Assembly: GCA_951406725.2 (NCBI GenBank)
Contig: OX597822.1
Coordinates: forward strand, 101,866,001 to 101,930,000
Length of the DNA: 64,000 nucleotides
Origin: Octopus vulgaris
Lineage: Eukaryota
Direction of reading: 5' to 3'
Position numbers and translations under genes: made by a program. The notes below the pieces were generated by a model, which saw only the letters and a program-made list of their open reading frames with translations, searched no databases and had not been told where the DNA came from. The first letter of the stretch is position 1. Every line of letters starts with the position of its first letter. Of this stretch, positions 37,815 to 52,841 are shown in pieces.

Positions 37815-38530
37815 TGTGCGTATGTGTATGAATGCGTGTATGTGCGTATGTATGTATGCATGTATGTGTATATGAATCTATGTATGTTTGCATGTATTTA
37901 AGTTTTTATGTATGTATGCATGTATGTATGCGTAAGTACGTATGTGCGTATGCAGGTATGCATGATTGTATGTATGTATGCATGCATGCATGTATGTATG
38001 TATGTATGTATGTATGTATGTATGCATGCATGCATGTATGTATGTATGTATGCATGCATGCTTGTATGTATGTATGCATGCATGCATGTATGTATGTATG
38101 TATACATGCATGCATGCATGTATGTATGTATGTATGCATGTATGTATGTATGTATGTATGTATGTATGCATGCATGCATGTATGTATGTATGTATGTATG
38201 CATGCATGCATGCATGTATGTATGTATGCATGCATGCATGTATGTATGTATGTATGTATTGTATGTGTGTATGTATGCATGCATGTATGTATGTATGTAT
38301 GTATGTAAGTATGTATGTATGTATGTAAGTATGTATGCATGTATGTATGTATGTATGTATGTATGCATGTATGTATGCATGTATGTATGTATGTATGTAT
38401 GTAAGTATGTATGCATGTATGTATGTATGTATGTATGTATGTATGCATGCATGTATGTATGTATGTATGTATGTATGTATGTATGTATGTATGTATGTAT
38501 GTATGTATGTATGTATGTATGTATGTATGT
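37815..38530. repeat. Long (TATG/CATG)n microsatellite
   Basis: Direct reading; source of many spurious ORFs. Confidence 0.95.
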
Positions 38531-41500
38531 GCTTATGTCCGTATGTTCGTATATATGTTTTCTTTTGTCGTGTGTTTGTCCATTATTTCTGCCAAGATAT
38601 CGCAATAATATATGTTTTCTGTTCTGCCCAAGTTGTGTAATGTTTGTTTTTATCCTACTTCTTCGGTAAGGTCTCTCTCTCTCTTTCCAGAGGTCTCCTA
38701 ACAGAAATCGATATTTGCTTTGTTAGGCAGCAACTTGAAGTTTTCTTTAATTCATTACACTGAATAGTGACTGAAGGAATCGATAGGTTAACCGATATTT
38801 ATTTTAAATTTTTGACTAGATTCAGTAAACGCGTTACAATTGTCTTCTTTGTTATACCTAGACAAATTAAATAAAATAAATATTTTTGTTCTCCCACTCA
38901 ATATCGATTGACATTAATATAATTATGATATTTCCAATAATTTATATTTATTATTAAAAGACTAGAATGGTAAAAACGTATCTTTATGTCTTTAAAGCCT
39001 GCTGATTTTAAGTTTGGCTCTACAAATTGAACGTGTTTTTTATTGTTAAATATAGTGACGAAAAAATCGGGTATATTTCTAAATTGACCACTCGGAAATA
39101 TAGACAGCCGCTAAAGCTAGCTTCATCAATTTTAAATTCCGCTGCACCAAACCCCAATACATAAGTTGTTGATGACTGGAATTTTAACAGAATCAAATTT
39201 TTTCAAGGAAGTATAACGCGAGACAATGTGAAGCCAAAATGCCTACTGAGGTTACAGACGTAGTGAGATTCATTGGACCAATTATAACCCCATATGTAAC
39301 AGCTTTCTTTCTATCCGAACTAACTTGTGAAACTCTTTATGATTGCTCAACCTTCAAGAAATAGCAGTCAAAACTCTCTAAAATAACCTTACCGTCTTAA
39401 AAAAATGGAAGATCGCAGTGTCCTAAATAAACGTAAAAATACGAGGTTTCCATAGTTGTAGTGCATTTAGTCATAAGTATGTTCGATCAAGGTTGACACC
39501 GGGTCAAGCAACAATAATCAGTTTATATTAGCCTAGTACTACATGGACGAAGGCATAGATGTGAAGTAAGTTCGCCAATCCTTCGGCTTCACAGAGCAGA
39601 GAATGGAGCAAGAGTATCTTATCAGAACCTTAGACCTGTCAACCAGTACCTTGTGAGGGCTATTTGGCAAAAGAAAATCTATGAGCATACCCCATCGATT
39701 CCATTATATCGTCGCCACATATAAAGGAGCTATGCAGAAGTTAGCCGAAACGATCGTAGTGCTTAATAAAGCGTCCAGTAACTCTGACATCTGTATCAAT
39801 CTCAGCCATTTAAATTAAACTAACACACACAATTTTCCATATCGTTTCCCTTTGATAACTCACATAATAAAAATATATATTTGTCTTATGCTCTCTGTGT
39901 ACATAGCTCTCTAAACCGATATTCAAATAGATAATGTTCTGGTGTGCAATAAAAGTTGCTACTACTATGGTTGTTACATTGCATGGAGATATTTAGTAAT
40001 TGTGGAATATATTGTTGGATATAAACTTATGATCTGCTATAAAATGCCATATGACTTTCACAAACAGTATATTTCATAACATACAATCTATTGAATTTTA
40101 TAAACTTCCCTTCCAAACCAAAACCATATTTGAAGAATTAAATGAATATTCCATTCCCCTTTTAGTAGGGAATAATACAAAATAATGAATGCAATGCATA
40201 CTTGAGCCGAAGGAAATTAACGGTGTACATCAGTAAAAATTCGGAAAGAATTCATTTTGTTTACCCAAGCATTTTTTTTTTGCTCATAGTACAGAAATAT
40301 ATTTTCATTTTGTGAACGGTTTGTGAAAAGGTCTGGTAACGCGGAGTAGATGAAACAGGGACTACTGATGAAGGGGAATATTCTTTATGTTGCATGTCTA
40401 GTTTCTCTGTTTGTTCGAAAAAAGTTCGTTTTCTATGTTTTTGTTTTCATGTTTTCGTTTTTCATTGTGTTCAACGTTTTTTTGATGTCCTGTACTCATA
40501 TATGCATATATATACATATATATGCAGCTTTTTACATATATGTATGTATATATGCATATATTTATATGTTATTTATATTATATATATATGTGTATATATA
40601 TGCGTGTGTGTGAGAGAGATAGAGAGAGAGAAAGAGAGAGATAGAGATTCTGTTTCAAGATAACAAAACAAAACTTTAAATTCTTTTATACATTTAATTA
40701 AGAAAGTTTAGATACAATCAAATTTTAATAAAGATTTTTTGAAACCAGTCCCTTGCATTGGTTCGATGAGATTTTCAATAATGTTGACATGTAACAAGAT
40801 AATCCTGAAGTATAATAAATGCACATATATTCTATTTAGAGCTACCTCGATTCATTATCTATTTTCTTTTCCTTTTGTTTGAAAGATTTAATCATTACAC
40901 TTATTGAAATATTCGTCTTGTGTATACGTTATATATTTAGAACAGATGCTGAATACACATAGTCGTCTGTGAAGCCTTTATCTGAATCTTATTGCTCAAA
41001 TTAATAAAATGTATGTTGAGAACGTATGTACGGCTCAGGTCAAGATTAACTCTATCTTCATTTATTCCATTAATGAAACTTTCAACAATCTTGGATTTAC
41101 CATATTATTGCAAAAATAATGAGCTAATCGGAAAGAATAGACTAAAAAAAGCCTGTTATAATGAAAGGGAGAGAGTTGAAAGAACTTATCAAAATGCAGT
41201 CGATATTTCTATGTGCCATTCTAAAGAGATTTTTTCTTGCAATATCGTGGCCTTTTATTCAAAAACCAATTCATTCGATACTTTAACACTTTTAATAGTG
41301 ATATACGAAATATTATATCAAAGTTGCTTTCTGACGATACTAGAAGTGATTCATCGGAACTCCTATTTAAAAGAGAAAATAAATGATAATTACCAAATAA
41401 AAGAAAACTTTTTTGGTAGATGTTACTCCTTTGACAAATTTGTATTAAGTTTTGGAAGCCAACTTTTCCAAAGAGTTAAACAGCAACAAACAGAAATACC

Positions 41501-42315
41501 TTTAGCGATGGCATCACCAGTCTAGTGAATTGGTCACTAGTATGATGAGTTCACTATCTTCATAGCTAACGTGTAGCTATGGCCCAATGGAGTGTTCACA
41601 GCCAGGTTGACTAGTGTAGTGAGTATGAGAATACCACCACCTTATCTTGTCCGTTGGTTATTAGTTTCACAAAAGTTGTTCTCACGTCAGTTTGGCTCCG
41701 TAGTTGTTAGTTGAAGAGACGATGTCGGCGACGATAGTTGTGGATACTGTGTCTGTGTGTTCGTTCAACAGTAATTGGTATACAGAGACAGACAGACAAA
41801 ATTCAACTTGTGGTTGGTATACATAGAAAGACGACAAAGCTCAAATTGTTCAATAGTAAAGTTTATTGTAGCAGTGGGTTATGTACAATGTTAATAATGT
41901 CTTGTATAATATTACTGAAAATTGTGTTTTATAGAGATGTCTGTAGTGTGGTAGCGTTGAATGAATGAATGAATGAATGCGTGAGAACATTAGATGTATT
42001 TCGTGTCTATAGAAAGAGAGTTGACAGAAGTGTTTCTAGAAAAGATGGGAGATGACAGCATTGAGTTTCGTCGATACTGCTAGCGCACGCGCACGAAGAA
42101 TGATTCTTGATTGAGAGACGCCAGCGTTAACGTGCTCACGGTCTAGTTGTGCAGCAACCTCACAGATTGTGATTCATCTGTCCGTGCGAATCAGTTTGTC
42201 CATTTGCTGGCGATTCATGTCAGTGATCGCAGGTAATAGTCGTCCAGTTTGCGGTTTGCTTTCAATACTGGTTTTCGCTTTTTTTCATCTTCATATGCTC
42301 GTGCCCGTTGCTGTT

Positions 42316-42460
42316 GAGCGAACGGACCCCCTGCCGGAACCTCGTGGAGCTTTAGGTGTTTTCGCTCAATAAACACACACAACGCACGATCTGGGAATCG
42401 AAACCACGATCCTCCGACAGCGACTCCGCTGTCCTAACCACTGGGCCATTGCACCTCCAC
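42316..42460 (-). mobile_element. Short SINE (head C only)
   Basis: TSD tgcccgttgctgtt at 42302-42315 and 42461-42474. Confidence 0.88.
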
Positions 42461-42727
42461 TGCCCGTTGCTGTTTCAATGGTGCCTTCTCTCTAGACAAT
42501 CTGAAACCTTCTGTTGATATCAAATACCCTGCACCCGTGTGACGTCATAAATTCAATGACGATACGTTGCCTCTGTTTGGAATTCATTATTTGTCTGCAA
42601 TAAAGAAGAGCAGAAAGAGTTATTATGAAGGAAGAGTTGGATCGTCCTACGTCAGTTCATAACAGCTATGTCCATATTTTCATTGCTTTCGGTACAACCT
42701 TCATGTATGTGTGCAAATGTGTGTTAG

Positions 42728-42764
<37 letters not shown>

Positions 42765-44649
42765 CTCTGTGTGTGTGCTTCTATGTATATCCTTTGAGGA
42801 CAAACATAGGTTAGTGATGACACCGGAAAGCAGAAAACCGGTGTCTTTCAGATGAATTTAATTGCACAATTTTGGACTGATTCTCCCTTTGTCAGAAGAG
42901 TCGAGAACTATCGATTGGTATGTGGAAGCCTGTATCCATGTTGGTATTCTTCACCAATTGTGATATCAAAAAATGAAAATTATCAATAAAAATGTATTAG
43001 TCATAGCGGAAGCCATATTTTTCTCATAAATGACAAAATGCTCCATCAAAAACTACGATTGCTATTTATATTACTGATACTATTTGTTGCTACTAATTGG
43101 TCAGTATTTAATATAATTTAATGGCTAAATTATTGAACCAATTTATCTTATTACAATTTTTACATTACTGTTCATTCTAGTAACTCTTCTCTTTATGTAT
43201 TTGACATGTGCATTATTACACAATCTCAAGCAATGTTTTATAGTTATAGTATTGTCGAGTCGAGTTGAGTTGCTTTTTCATGGTGCAACCCAAGCACATA
43301 TCACCAGACTATTTTTCTTCGTAACTAAAAGAGAATGGATTATTATGGTACGATTTTAATTCGGAACTCTTGAACAAACTATGTTATTTATTCAATAATC
43401 TATTGATCCTCATTTAATCGTAATTATTCGCTTGAATGATATAATCATAAACGGAATTCCTTTTATTATTGATAAATGCAATGATAATGAACAATGAAAG
43501 GTCATTTAATCCGGACATGTCAAGCCTGATGTGAGTTTGGCCGATTTATTGTTATTATTATCGGTGTAATATAGTTATAAAATACTGTAGAATTGCGCCT
43601 CCAAATTTAAAGTTAGAACTTGTTTTTGGAAATTTAAAATGAAATGCATGACATACAATTATTATTAATAGATCGATACGTAGTTAATGTTAATGTAAAA
43701 TGTCCCCTTTCCCTAAAGCCATCGTTACTCCAGTTCATAGAGCACATATGCATTGCTCCGACCCCTTCGATTTATGGATCGTAAATCTGCAAGATTAGGC
43801 AATCAGAATTTAAAACAACACGCCTGGCAGCGTCAGACTGTTTATCAAACTGTTGGAATAAAGACAGATACCTCTTCAAATCGATGCAGTTCAGTAGATA
43901 TTCAGTGATGTTGAAGCAATTCTGAAAGTGATTTTGAATAACAAGATAAAGGGAAGCTGGAGAAATGGCTATGAAAGCAGTAAGAGTATCACACTAAAAT
44001 TGTTTATTGATTGAATCGATCATATTTGATAGGTTGTTTGGGTAGGGGTGGTGTACATGTCAAGTATCATGAAATTTTAAAATTAGCTCGGATAACATCG
44101 GACATCTCCGCTTTCCTTATGTTTGCTATTTTATTTGGTTCTCACGTAAACACTAGTTGGACTGAGATAAGTTGCTTCCTGTGCTGCCATGTTGAAACTT
44201 CCAAACAAGTTTTCAATATATCTGTATTAAAAGAGTTAAAGAAAAAATATAATAAAGTATCTTTAACAATAAAAAGCAGAAGCATTATGAAAAAAATTCT
44301 CTTTACAAAAGAACATAGAAATATCGATCAGATAGCTGATAGTATCGTTCAACATTTTCTGTTCCTTTCATTATAACAGGCTCTTTCCTATTAATATGGT
44401 GAAATCCAAACTGATGAAAGCTTACTTGAGTGATAGAATAAGGATAGAGCAAAATTTGGTTTCAGCTGTAAACACGTCCTTAAAATACACTTATATACAG
44501 AATATACTTCAGAAAACAATCGTAGAGACGACAATGAAACTTAATTCTCTTTTCTGAGCGATTAACAATATCTTTAAGATGGATATTTTGATATATGTAA
44601 CGACTGAATCTTTCAGAATAACGGAAATCAAATATAAGAAGTCTAGTTA

Positions 44650-44764
<115 letters not shown>

Positions 44765-44888
44765 TTGTATATATAGAGAGAGAGATATATATATATATAG
44801 ATATATAGATATATATATGCAAATATGTATGTATATATATATACATATATATGTATGCATGTATGTAAATATTTATATGTAATATGTA

Positions 44889-44958
<70 letters not shown>

Positions 44959-45297
44959 TGTATGTATGTATGTATACATATATACAGAACATATATAGAC
45001 ATATGTATGTTCCCTAATGTAATGTATATCTCTGTTTGTGAGTAGTGTATAAATATGATAATATATTTATACAGTCTTCAGTGAGAATTTAAGGAAAATG
45101 TATAAGTTGATGACAATAAACAAAAAGAGGGAAAAGATATTGCATTACCTCGAATTTTTGTTTGATGAACTTCTGGATAGTATTTTCGGAAAGATGTCCC
45201 CTTCTAGTAGAAGAACGAAGATAATCAATAAGTTTAGCGAAATGATATGTATTGTGTGTGTGTGTGTATGTGTGTATGCGTGTGTGTATGTGCATAT

Positions 45298-45681
45298 GTG
45301 GAGGCGCAATGGCCCAGTGGTTAGGGCAGCGGACTCGCGGTCGTAGGATCGCGGTTTCGATTCCCAGACCGGGCGTTGTGAGTGTTTATTGAACGAAAAC
45401 ACCTAAAAGCTCCACGAGGCTCCGGCAGGGATGGTGGTGATCCCTGCTGTACTCTTTCACCACAACTTTCTCTCACTCTTACTTCCTGTTTCTGTTGTAC
45501 CTGTATTTCAAAGGGCCGGCCTTGTCACTCTCTGTGTCACGCTGAATATCCCCGAGAACTACGTTAAGGGTACACGTGTCTGTAGAGTGCTCAGCCACTT
45601 ACACGTCAATTTCACGAGCAGGCTGTTCCGTTGATTTGGATCAACCGGAACCCTCGTCGTCGTAACCGACGGAGTGCTTCC
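45298..45681 (+). mobile_element. SINE: head C with family-B 3' body
   Basis: Head as in 21009; body tgtatttcaaaggg..gggtacacgtgtctgt..ccctcgtcgtcgtaacc as in 28920-29090. Confidence 0.9.
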
Positions 45682-46617
45682 ATTCCATATGCATATACAC
45701 ACACTTATATAACTGCGTATGTGTGTATATGTATGTATGTATATACACACATATACATGAAAACATATCTTTTGGAAAATATATTCTATATAGATATTAG
45801 CAATTGAAACACTTCGCTACATGGGATTAATTACTCGATTTTTTATTGAAACTTGGCCTTTGCTCAAATTTTGAAATAATACATACTAAAATCGGATTAA
45901 GATGCTAAGTTGAAACAGTATCTTCCATTTATAAACCAGACTGTATTCCAAAATATCCAGAAAACTAGAATAAGTTATCGTCCCATGAAACAAGTTGTAT
46001 GCCGACATTACATGTCTCCAATTCCCATGACACATAAAATATGAATGCTTGAATTCCATGGATTTTTCCCTTTTTTTTTGTCTTTTTTCCTTAGCATTAC
46101 TGAGACATGCCCCTTCGAACTGCCTCAGAAACTAGAATACATGGCAGATATTATATTTTACTATTCTCTTCCAAACATCTAAAATAACTTTCTTTAATCC
46201 TTTAGTTTGTTTAGGATCGTATTAGATTATAAGAGAGGGGCCCATAAAGTTTAATATTATGTACATGATAAAATATACTGTTTCAACAAACGACATGCAG
46301 TTCAACCGTTTGTTATACGTTTTCTAGTTTACAATTGCTTTTATGTAAATATATTGATACAATGAAAAATCACGATATTGGCAATGTGTTTATTGAAACC
46401 AAATATTACCTATTTGACTTTCTGTTGGTACAGTCATGTAAATAGCTATTATGGGGGAACTATATTTGTTATTAAATAAGGATATATGCATAAAAGTAAT
46501 ATTGTGTTACCATATGTGTGTATTATGTGTTACGCATATTTATTATTGATGTGTGCTGATGTGTATATACAGGTAAACATATATACATATATGCAAACAC
46601 ATACATACTTATAATAC

Positions 46618-46691
<74 letters not shown>

Positions 46692-46869
46692 TAGACAAAC
46701 GTTCGATATATAATCTAACGATACGGGGGTAAAATCAATGTGTTCCCACAACGTACTTCGCCAGACTCCAAAACGCCCCCTCAACCACTCCTAACGACCT
46801 TTTGTTTCAACTAATACGTTACTCTTTAAACGAGTTCGGCTAGTCCAATCTTCCAATCCCCTAGGTATG

Positions 46870-47775
46870 TCAATGATCCCATCGATCGACAATAATGGGC
46901 GGTGGTTTGTCTGCAGACGGAACCCACATTCCATGTATAAATTTATGGAAATTTTTACCGCAAATATGATGGCTAACGCCATTTTTTCTATTTGACTGTA
47001 GCTTTTCTCAGCCGGCAATAATGAACGCGAAGCATGAGCTACTGCTTTCGGACTACCATCTACACATTTGTGTAAAATCACAGCTCCAATACTAATTTCA
47101 CTAGCATCAGCTGCCACTATTATTTCCAACTTCGGATCATGATATATGATAACGACAATTCCGACGTCAAAACGTTTTTAATTTCTTCAAAAGCATTTTG
47201 GCATTTGTTCGACCAGTCCCACTTAACATCTTTTTTTAACATGTTATTCGGGGATTCTCTTAAATCGTGCATATTCCTTACGTCTACCTGGTAGTAATTT
47301 GCGTTGTAATTGTTGAGGGAGGCATATTTGCGTTGTAATTGTTGGGGGAGGCATATTTTTTATTGCACTCACCGTAGACGGGTCTGGTCTGAGTCCATTT
47401 TCATTACTACTCTGCCCTAGATATTTTATTCTTAGCATAAAAAATTCACACTTTTCATCGCTGAGCTTAAATCCATAATCTTTTATTCTTTCGAGGACCT
47501 TTCTAACATGTTCGGCATGCTGACCCCGAGATTCCCTTTTTATGAGTATGTGGTCAAAGTAAACTACAGCGAAATCTGAACCTGCGGGTATAATGTCCAC
47601 AACTTGATGCCAAGTGCTACTTTTATACTAAAAGGGAGTCAATTAAATTTATACAGCCCTTTATGGGCATTTACTGTCAATAATTTTGAACATTCCTCAT
47701 CGACTTTAACAGAAAATATGTTTCAGATAGGTCCAACTTTGAAAAGAAATTTCTCCATTTACCTTCGCGCAAATT
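46870..47775 (-). mobile_element. Decayed Ty3/Gypsy pol fragment (RT + RNase H)
   Basis: FSKLDLSETYF..HKGLYKFN*LPF..VVYFDHILI..KCEFF..KYLG..GLRPDP..AIKNMPPP; IIVAADASEISIGAVI..AHASRSL..EKSYSQIEKMALAIIFAVK..TNHRPLL. Confidence 0.9.
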
Positions 47776-48071
47776 CCTTTCAGACTTACCCATTCTACAC
47801 AGTACATTCCTTGCATAACGGAACAGCAAACATATAACTTTATTTTTGTTTTCATTCTCATATTTCCCTTTATACTTCCGATATCTCTTTTTCTTATACT
47901 GAACATATTGAACTATATTTCCTTCTAGTTAATTCTCCCATATCGTCTCATATTATGGGATATCTTTTATATGGATGAAGCAGCTTTAAGATTTTTCTCT
48001 TTATAAATGTCCTAGACATTTCACACTGCCTTGGCTGTATTGTCTCATTCTATTTAACACACACACACTTA

Positions 48072-48072
48072 C

Positions 48073-48162
<90 letters not shown>
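48072..48162. repeat. (GATA)n microsatellite
   Basis: Direct reading. Confidence 0.95.
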
Positions 48163-48169
48163 ACAGATA

Positions 48170-48531
48170 GTGGAGGCTCAATGGCCCAGTGGTTAGGGCA
48201 CGGGACTCGAGGTCATAAAATCGCGGTTTCGATTCCCAGACCGGACGTTGTGAGTTTTATTGAGCGAAAGCACGGCAGGGAATAGTGGCGAACCCTGCCG
48301 TACTCTTTCACCACAACTTTCTCTCACTCTTTCTTCTTGTTTCTGTTGTACTTGTATTTCAAAGGGCCAGCCTTGTCACACTCTGTGTCACGCTGAGTCT
48401 CCCCTAGAACTACGTTAAGACTCACACGTGTCTGTGGAGTGCTCAACCACTTGCACGTCAATTTCCTGAGCAGGCTGTTCCGTTGATTGGATCAACTGGA
48501 ACCTTTGTCGTCGTACCCGATGAAGTGCCCC
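48170..48531 (+). mobile_element. SINE: head C with family-B 3' body (diverged)
   Basis: Colinear with 45298-45681. Confidence 0.88.
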
Positions 48532-48540
48532 GATATACAT

Positions 48541-48573
<33 letters not shown>

Positions 48574-50539
48574 AAACATATGGAAAGACTCCACAAGACC
48601 TGCGAAACAAATAGAAAATATATAAAAAGCGCTGATATTCATTGATAATGTCAGAGACTATGAACTTTAACACCCTAATAGAGTAACCAGTCGATTGGTA
48701 ATAAAATTTAAGTGAATCATAATCAGTGAATGTGATTTTAATGACAGTATGACCCTCCCAAAATGCATTAATATCTGTTTCAATACAAACTTCCACATCA
48801 AGACACTTGTAAAACAATTTCATTATTTTCTTTTTTCATTCTTGCGATTATAGTTTATAGTGTTGACGACACTTACTTTGAACTAACACGCTCGTTATAC
48901 TTGCAACAATACATGTATGTGTGTGTGTATGTATGTGTGTATGCATATATGTATGTGTGTATGTATGTGTATGTGTGTGTATGTATGTGTGTATGTATGA
49001 ATGTATTATGTGTGTGTATATGTATGTATGTGTATGAACGTGTGTGTATGTCTGAATGTATATATGTGTGTGTATGTATGTCTGTCTATGTGTGTGTGTG
49101 TATGTATGTATGTGTGTGTGTGTGCATTTTGTCCGACGCTCCCACCGTTTCTGGCCAACCTATCCTTTAGGTTCCATGATTTGAGAATCACTCAAAGAAC
49201 TACAGTTGATCCCATCAGTTCTATGGCCCCCATCTCCCTGCTCCTATGGTCCGTTTTCGCTTTTACATCTTTCCCTTTATTCCGCAGTGTTCTTCGACAT
49301 GGGTCTCATTCACAAAATGCCGTCGATAATCTTTAATGCAACCCGGAATTTCCTATTTTCAGCTTCCTGTTAATCTTTCACTCATGTGGTCGACAAAGTT
49401 CTTTTCCTCATATTTATTAGTTTCTTCAAGATATTCATATTTTAGAGGAATTACTCTTATCTAGTTGGCTTAGCAAACATAAGGCAATAAGCAGAGGGAC
49501 ATATAACATTTGCTACCTAATCATGACTATAAAACCTCCAGATTTACTGGAAATATATTGCCCTTTGATTTTATTATGCAAAGCGCTTAGAGCTTTTCAT
49601 TAAATACGTTTGCAACCATATCTATAGGAAACATGGACACTATAGCTCCTGAAATGAGATGATATACAAATTTAAATGGATTAGTCGAATTACTAATGCT
49701 AAAGAATTCAGATAAAGTTTGTTATACTATGTGTTGGTTTGGGAGAGTTGATTCTGATAATACTATTTGTGTTCCAGAGCTGCGAGAACCATTAAGGATT
49801 TCAAACCTGTGTACCAGGTCACACAGCTCGTGGGAGTGTGTGGGTGATTATATCAAACCTGATGCTTGCCTTGGTTCATTGATGATGGAAGGATGAAAAG
49901 CAATGGGGACTTCGAGGATTATTTACCCAGAACGTCAACATACTGCAAACGGTTTTGTTCGGCGCCCTACAGCTCCTACTATCCTCAATTTTCTAAACAA
50001 ATGGGGCTTCAGTCAAGAATGCAAACTATTTCATTGATTCATACCGCTGAGAGTTTATCTTTCGATCTCCAACACTCAAAACCAAATATCATTATATTGA
50101 CTACATTTCTCTTTATAACACTCACATTACTAAATTTCTTTTGATTTTGTGACTTTTTTCTCAATAGTGAACGGGATATTTATACTGATATATTTATACT
50201 GATATTTTTTTAAATCAAAATATTTATATCAGCCTCGTTTTCAAAATAATTTAGAACCCACTAGAACTGATTATATTTTAAGTTCGTCAGTTCGTTCATT
50301 TTCATCTGGAAATAAATTTGCACTTAAACTATATTTCTCGGTTTTCATTCATGCTGTCGGGAAAATTTTTTTTTTTTTTTTTTCAGTTTCTTCAAGATGT
50401 TAATATTTTATAATTTCTCTTGTTGGAATAACAGACAAAAGATAAAATGCGTAAGGGCCTCTTGTCATTCGCTGTCTAATGTACCTCGCAGTGCAATATT
50501 GTAGCTGTTACTAAATTCAGTCATTATTTTAATGATTTA

Positions 50540-50815
50540 CGACAAACGAGCTGTCAGAATCGCTAGCGTGTCGGACAAAATAATTTATGCAATTTCGTCC
50601 GACTATTTACATTTTGAAACCAAATTCTACCGAGCTCGACTTTGCCTTTCATCCTTACTGATTCGATGAATTAAGTACCAGCTAATAACTGATGTCGATG
50701 TAATCGACTTGCCCCTTCCCTCAAAATTGCTGACCTTGTACCAAAACTGGAAAGGATTATTAAAAATGGGTAAAAATGGGTAACTGGTAGAATCGTTAGA
50801 GCATCGGAGGACTTG
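50540..50815 (+). mobile_element. Diverged Meta-type SINE
   Basis: cgactttgcctttcatcctt..cgatgaattaagtaccag..gtcgatgtaatcgactt. Confidence 0.7.
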
Positions 50816-52608
50816 CGCCAATGATTAATCTTCGAAAAGTTTATACAGGTATTTTTTAAAACGATATCATTATTTCTGCTCGAATTCTACAATCATTACA
50901 AAGCTGATGAGTCGGGTGTGTATGAGCACGATTGTTGTACATTTAGTTAGTTCCCTTAAGTCTAACAATTGGTAAGTGAAAGATTCCTTTCAAATTAATA
51001 TTTCATACATATATGATGAGTTAAGAATAAAATTCTGCCAATGTCGTACAGACAATAAGTTGGAGTTGATACAGTTGAATTTAATGTGTTATGAAATATA
51101 CTGTTGCACCTGCTAATTTGTCTAGACAGTAATGTTGAAATTAGAATTTTGGATATGCTATCGTAATCACACAAAGTTGGGTTGATGTCATATCACAGCC
51201 TGATGTTAGTATTATATCTACAAACGTGATTTACACTATGAAGCAATGAATAATAGAAGCAGACTATATTTGAAATCGTGCTCTAAATTTGATTTGTGAA
51301 GCAGCCGAAATATTTTGAATTTAGTTTGGGAGATCATACATTGAATTTATTTTTAAATTTTTAATTGAAAGAATACAAGTAAATTTATTTTCAAGCAAAA
51401 TGATAAAGACATTTTTGAAATATTTCGTTTTTGGATTTGGTCTGCAAGATTCTTTATATGAGTACGTGTGTTGAAGCAAGACTATTGAAAAGGTTGCAAG
51501 ACGCAACGAAAATTTTAGGAAAATAAAAATAAGAAAAAAGTGGAAATTCTACCGGTGAGTGTGTTGCATTATAAGGCACAAGAAGAAAATTACTCTCCCC
51601 AGACACGACAGAACATTTTTGAAGTATCTTTCAAAATTTGACATTTGTTGCGAATAGAATACTTTATATTTAAATCAATGCATGTTTAAATTACATTAAA
51701 TAACAGCAAAGCAGGCAGCACTTACTCTCTCTCTCTCTCTCTCTCCCTCTCTCTCCCTCTCTCTCTCTCTCCCTTCCTCTCTATAGCAATAGATATAGCG
51801 AAGATATTTGTTATCTTTCGTTATAGACTAATCCCTGTGTGCCTGTGTGTATGATGCAATACATAACAGCATTGATAAAGAGAAAGAGAAAATAGAATGT
51901 CAATGTCTCTATTAATTCTGATGTGATGTTAATTATAATTAAGGTCAATAATTATCGATATCTACCGTCTCAGAAGGAGGGATGAATAGAATGCCACGCT
52001 TAATATAATAAAGATTATATGTTTAAATGAATCGGCGTAGGTCGGCTGATTATTATTTCTCTTCTCTCTTGAGAAGTGTATAGATCCGGCTATAGAGTTC
52101 TTATAACCTAGTAGGACCTGAACATCTTGGCGCTGTCGGTGAACGAAAGTTTTATTAACTACATGAGCCAAATCAGGATAGATTTTACGTTTATATTTCC
52201 TTTCAGACATGTCAAGTATTGACTATTATTGACAAAAACATAGAACTCGTTCAGCTCGTCCACTTCAATCATTGGAATCTTTAATATTCGAGTTGCAGAT
52301 GAAATGTTCTTAGACGTACTCTCCCTATTATGATATAATGCTTTCTAGTCTGGGTAGAGCAACAATTCTGAGGGGTATGTGGCTAGTTGATACTTGGCAG
52401 GTACATTATTCTATTGACCTTCGTAGGGAGGAAAGACAAAAATCAAACCCGGCCAGATTTGAACTCAGAACCTTTTAGAATGCTGAAGAAATACCTCGAA
52501 GCATTTTAACGACTCTCTTAATCCACCACAATAGATTCATGAGTGGAATACAACTTTCTTTCGTTTGGCCACTCATTCGTGTGTATATATGTATGTAGGT
52601 ATATTATG

Positions 52609-52666
<58 letters not shown>

Positions 52667-52687
52667 TTATATATATATAGTATATAT

Positions 52688-52742
52688 ACTTAGTTTGATT
52701 GAAAACCCCACTAGAATGGGAGAAAGCGCTAATGATCTAAGT
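52688..52742 (+). ncRNA. Minimal hammerhead motif with U3-A8 variant core
   Basis: acttagtttga-TTGAAAA-cccc actagaat ggga-GAAA-gcgc-TA-atgatctaagt; palindromic stem III AGCGCT. Confidence 0.55.
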
Positions 52743-52841
52743 GATATGATATAAAAATGTAATATACAAATAAATATCTGTAAATATAACCATCCGATTT
52801 TCTGAGTACCTTATTTCTTCTAATATACATATATATATATA

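Noticed and set aside
37832-38669. Long ORFs of MYVC/HTYI type, and all similar [12 protein letters not shown] ORFs
   Set aside because: They are translations of stop-free microsatellites.
40992-41525. 177-aa ORF
   Set aside because: Non-ATG start, no recognisable motif, and composition like AT-rich background.
41610-42150. Possible solo LTR on the minus strand (ends cactaca, internal AATAAA)
   Set aside because: No second LTR, TSD or convincing primer-binding site.
49130-49350. Possible RTE-like LINE C-terminus on the minus strand
   Set aside because: Similarity is only impressionistic across several frameshifts.
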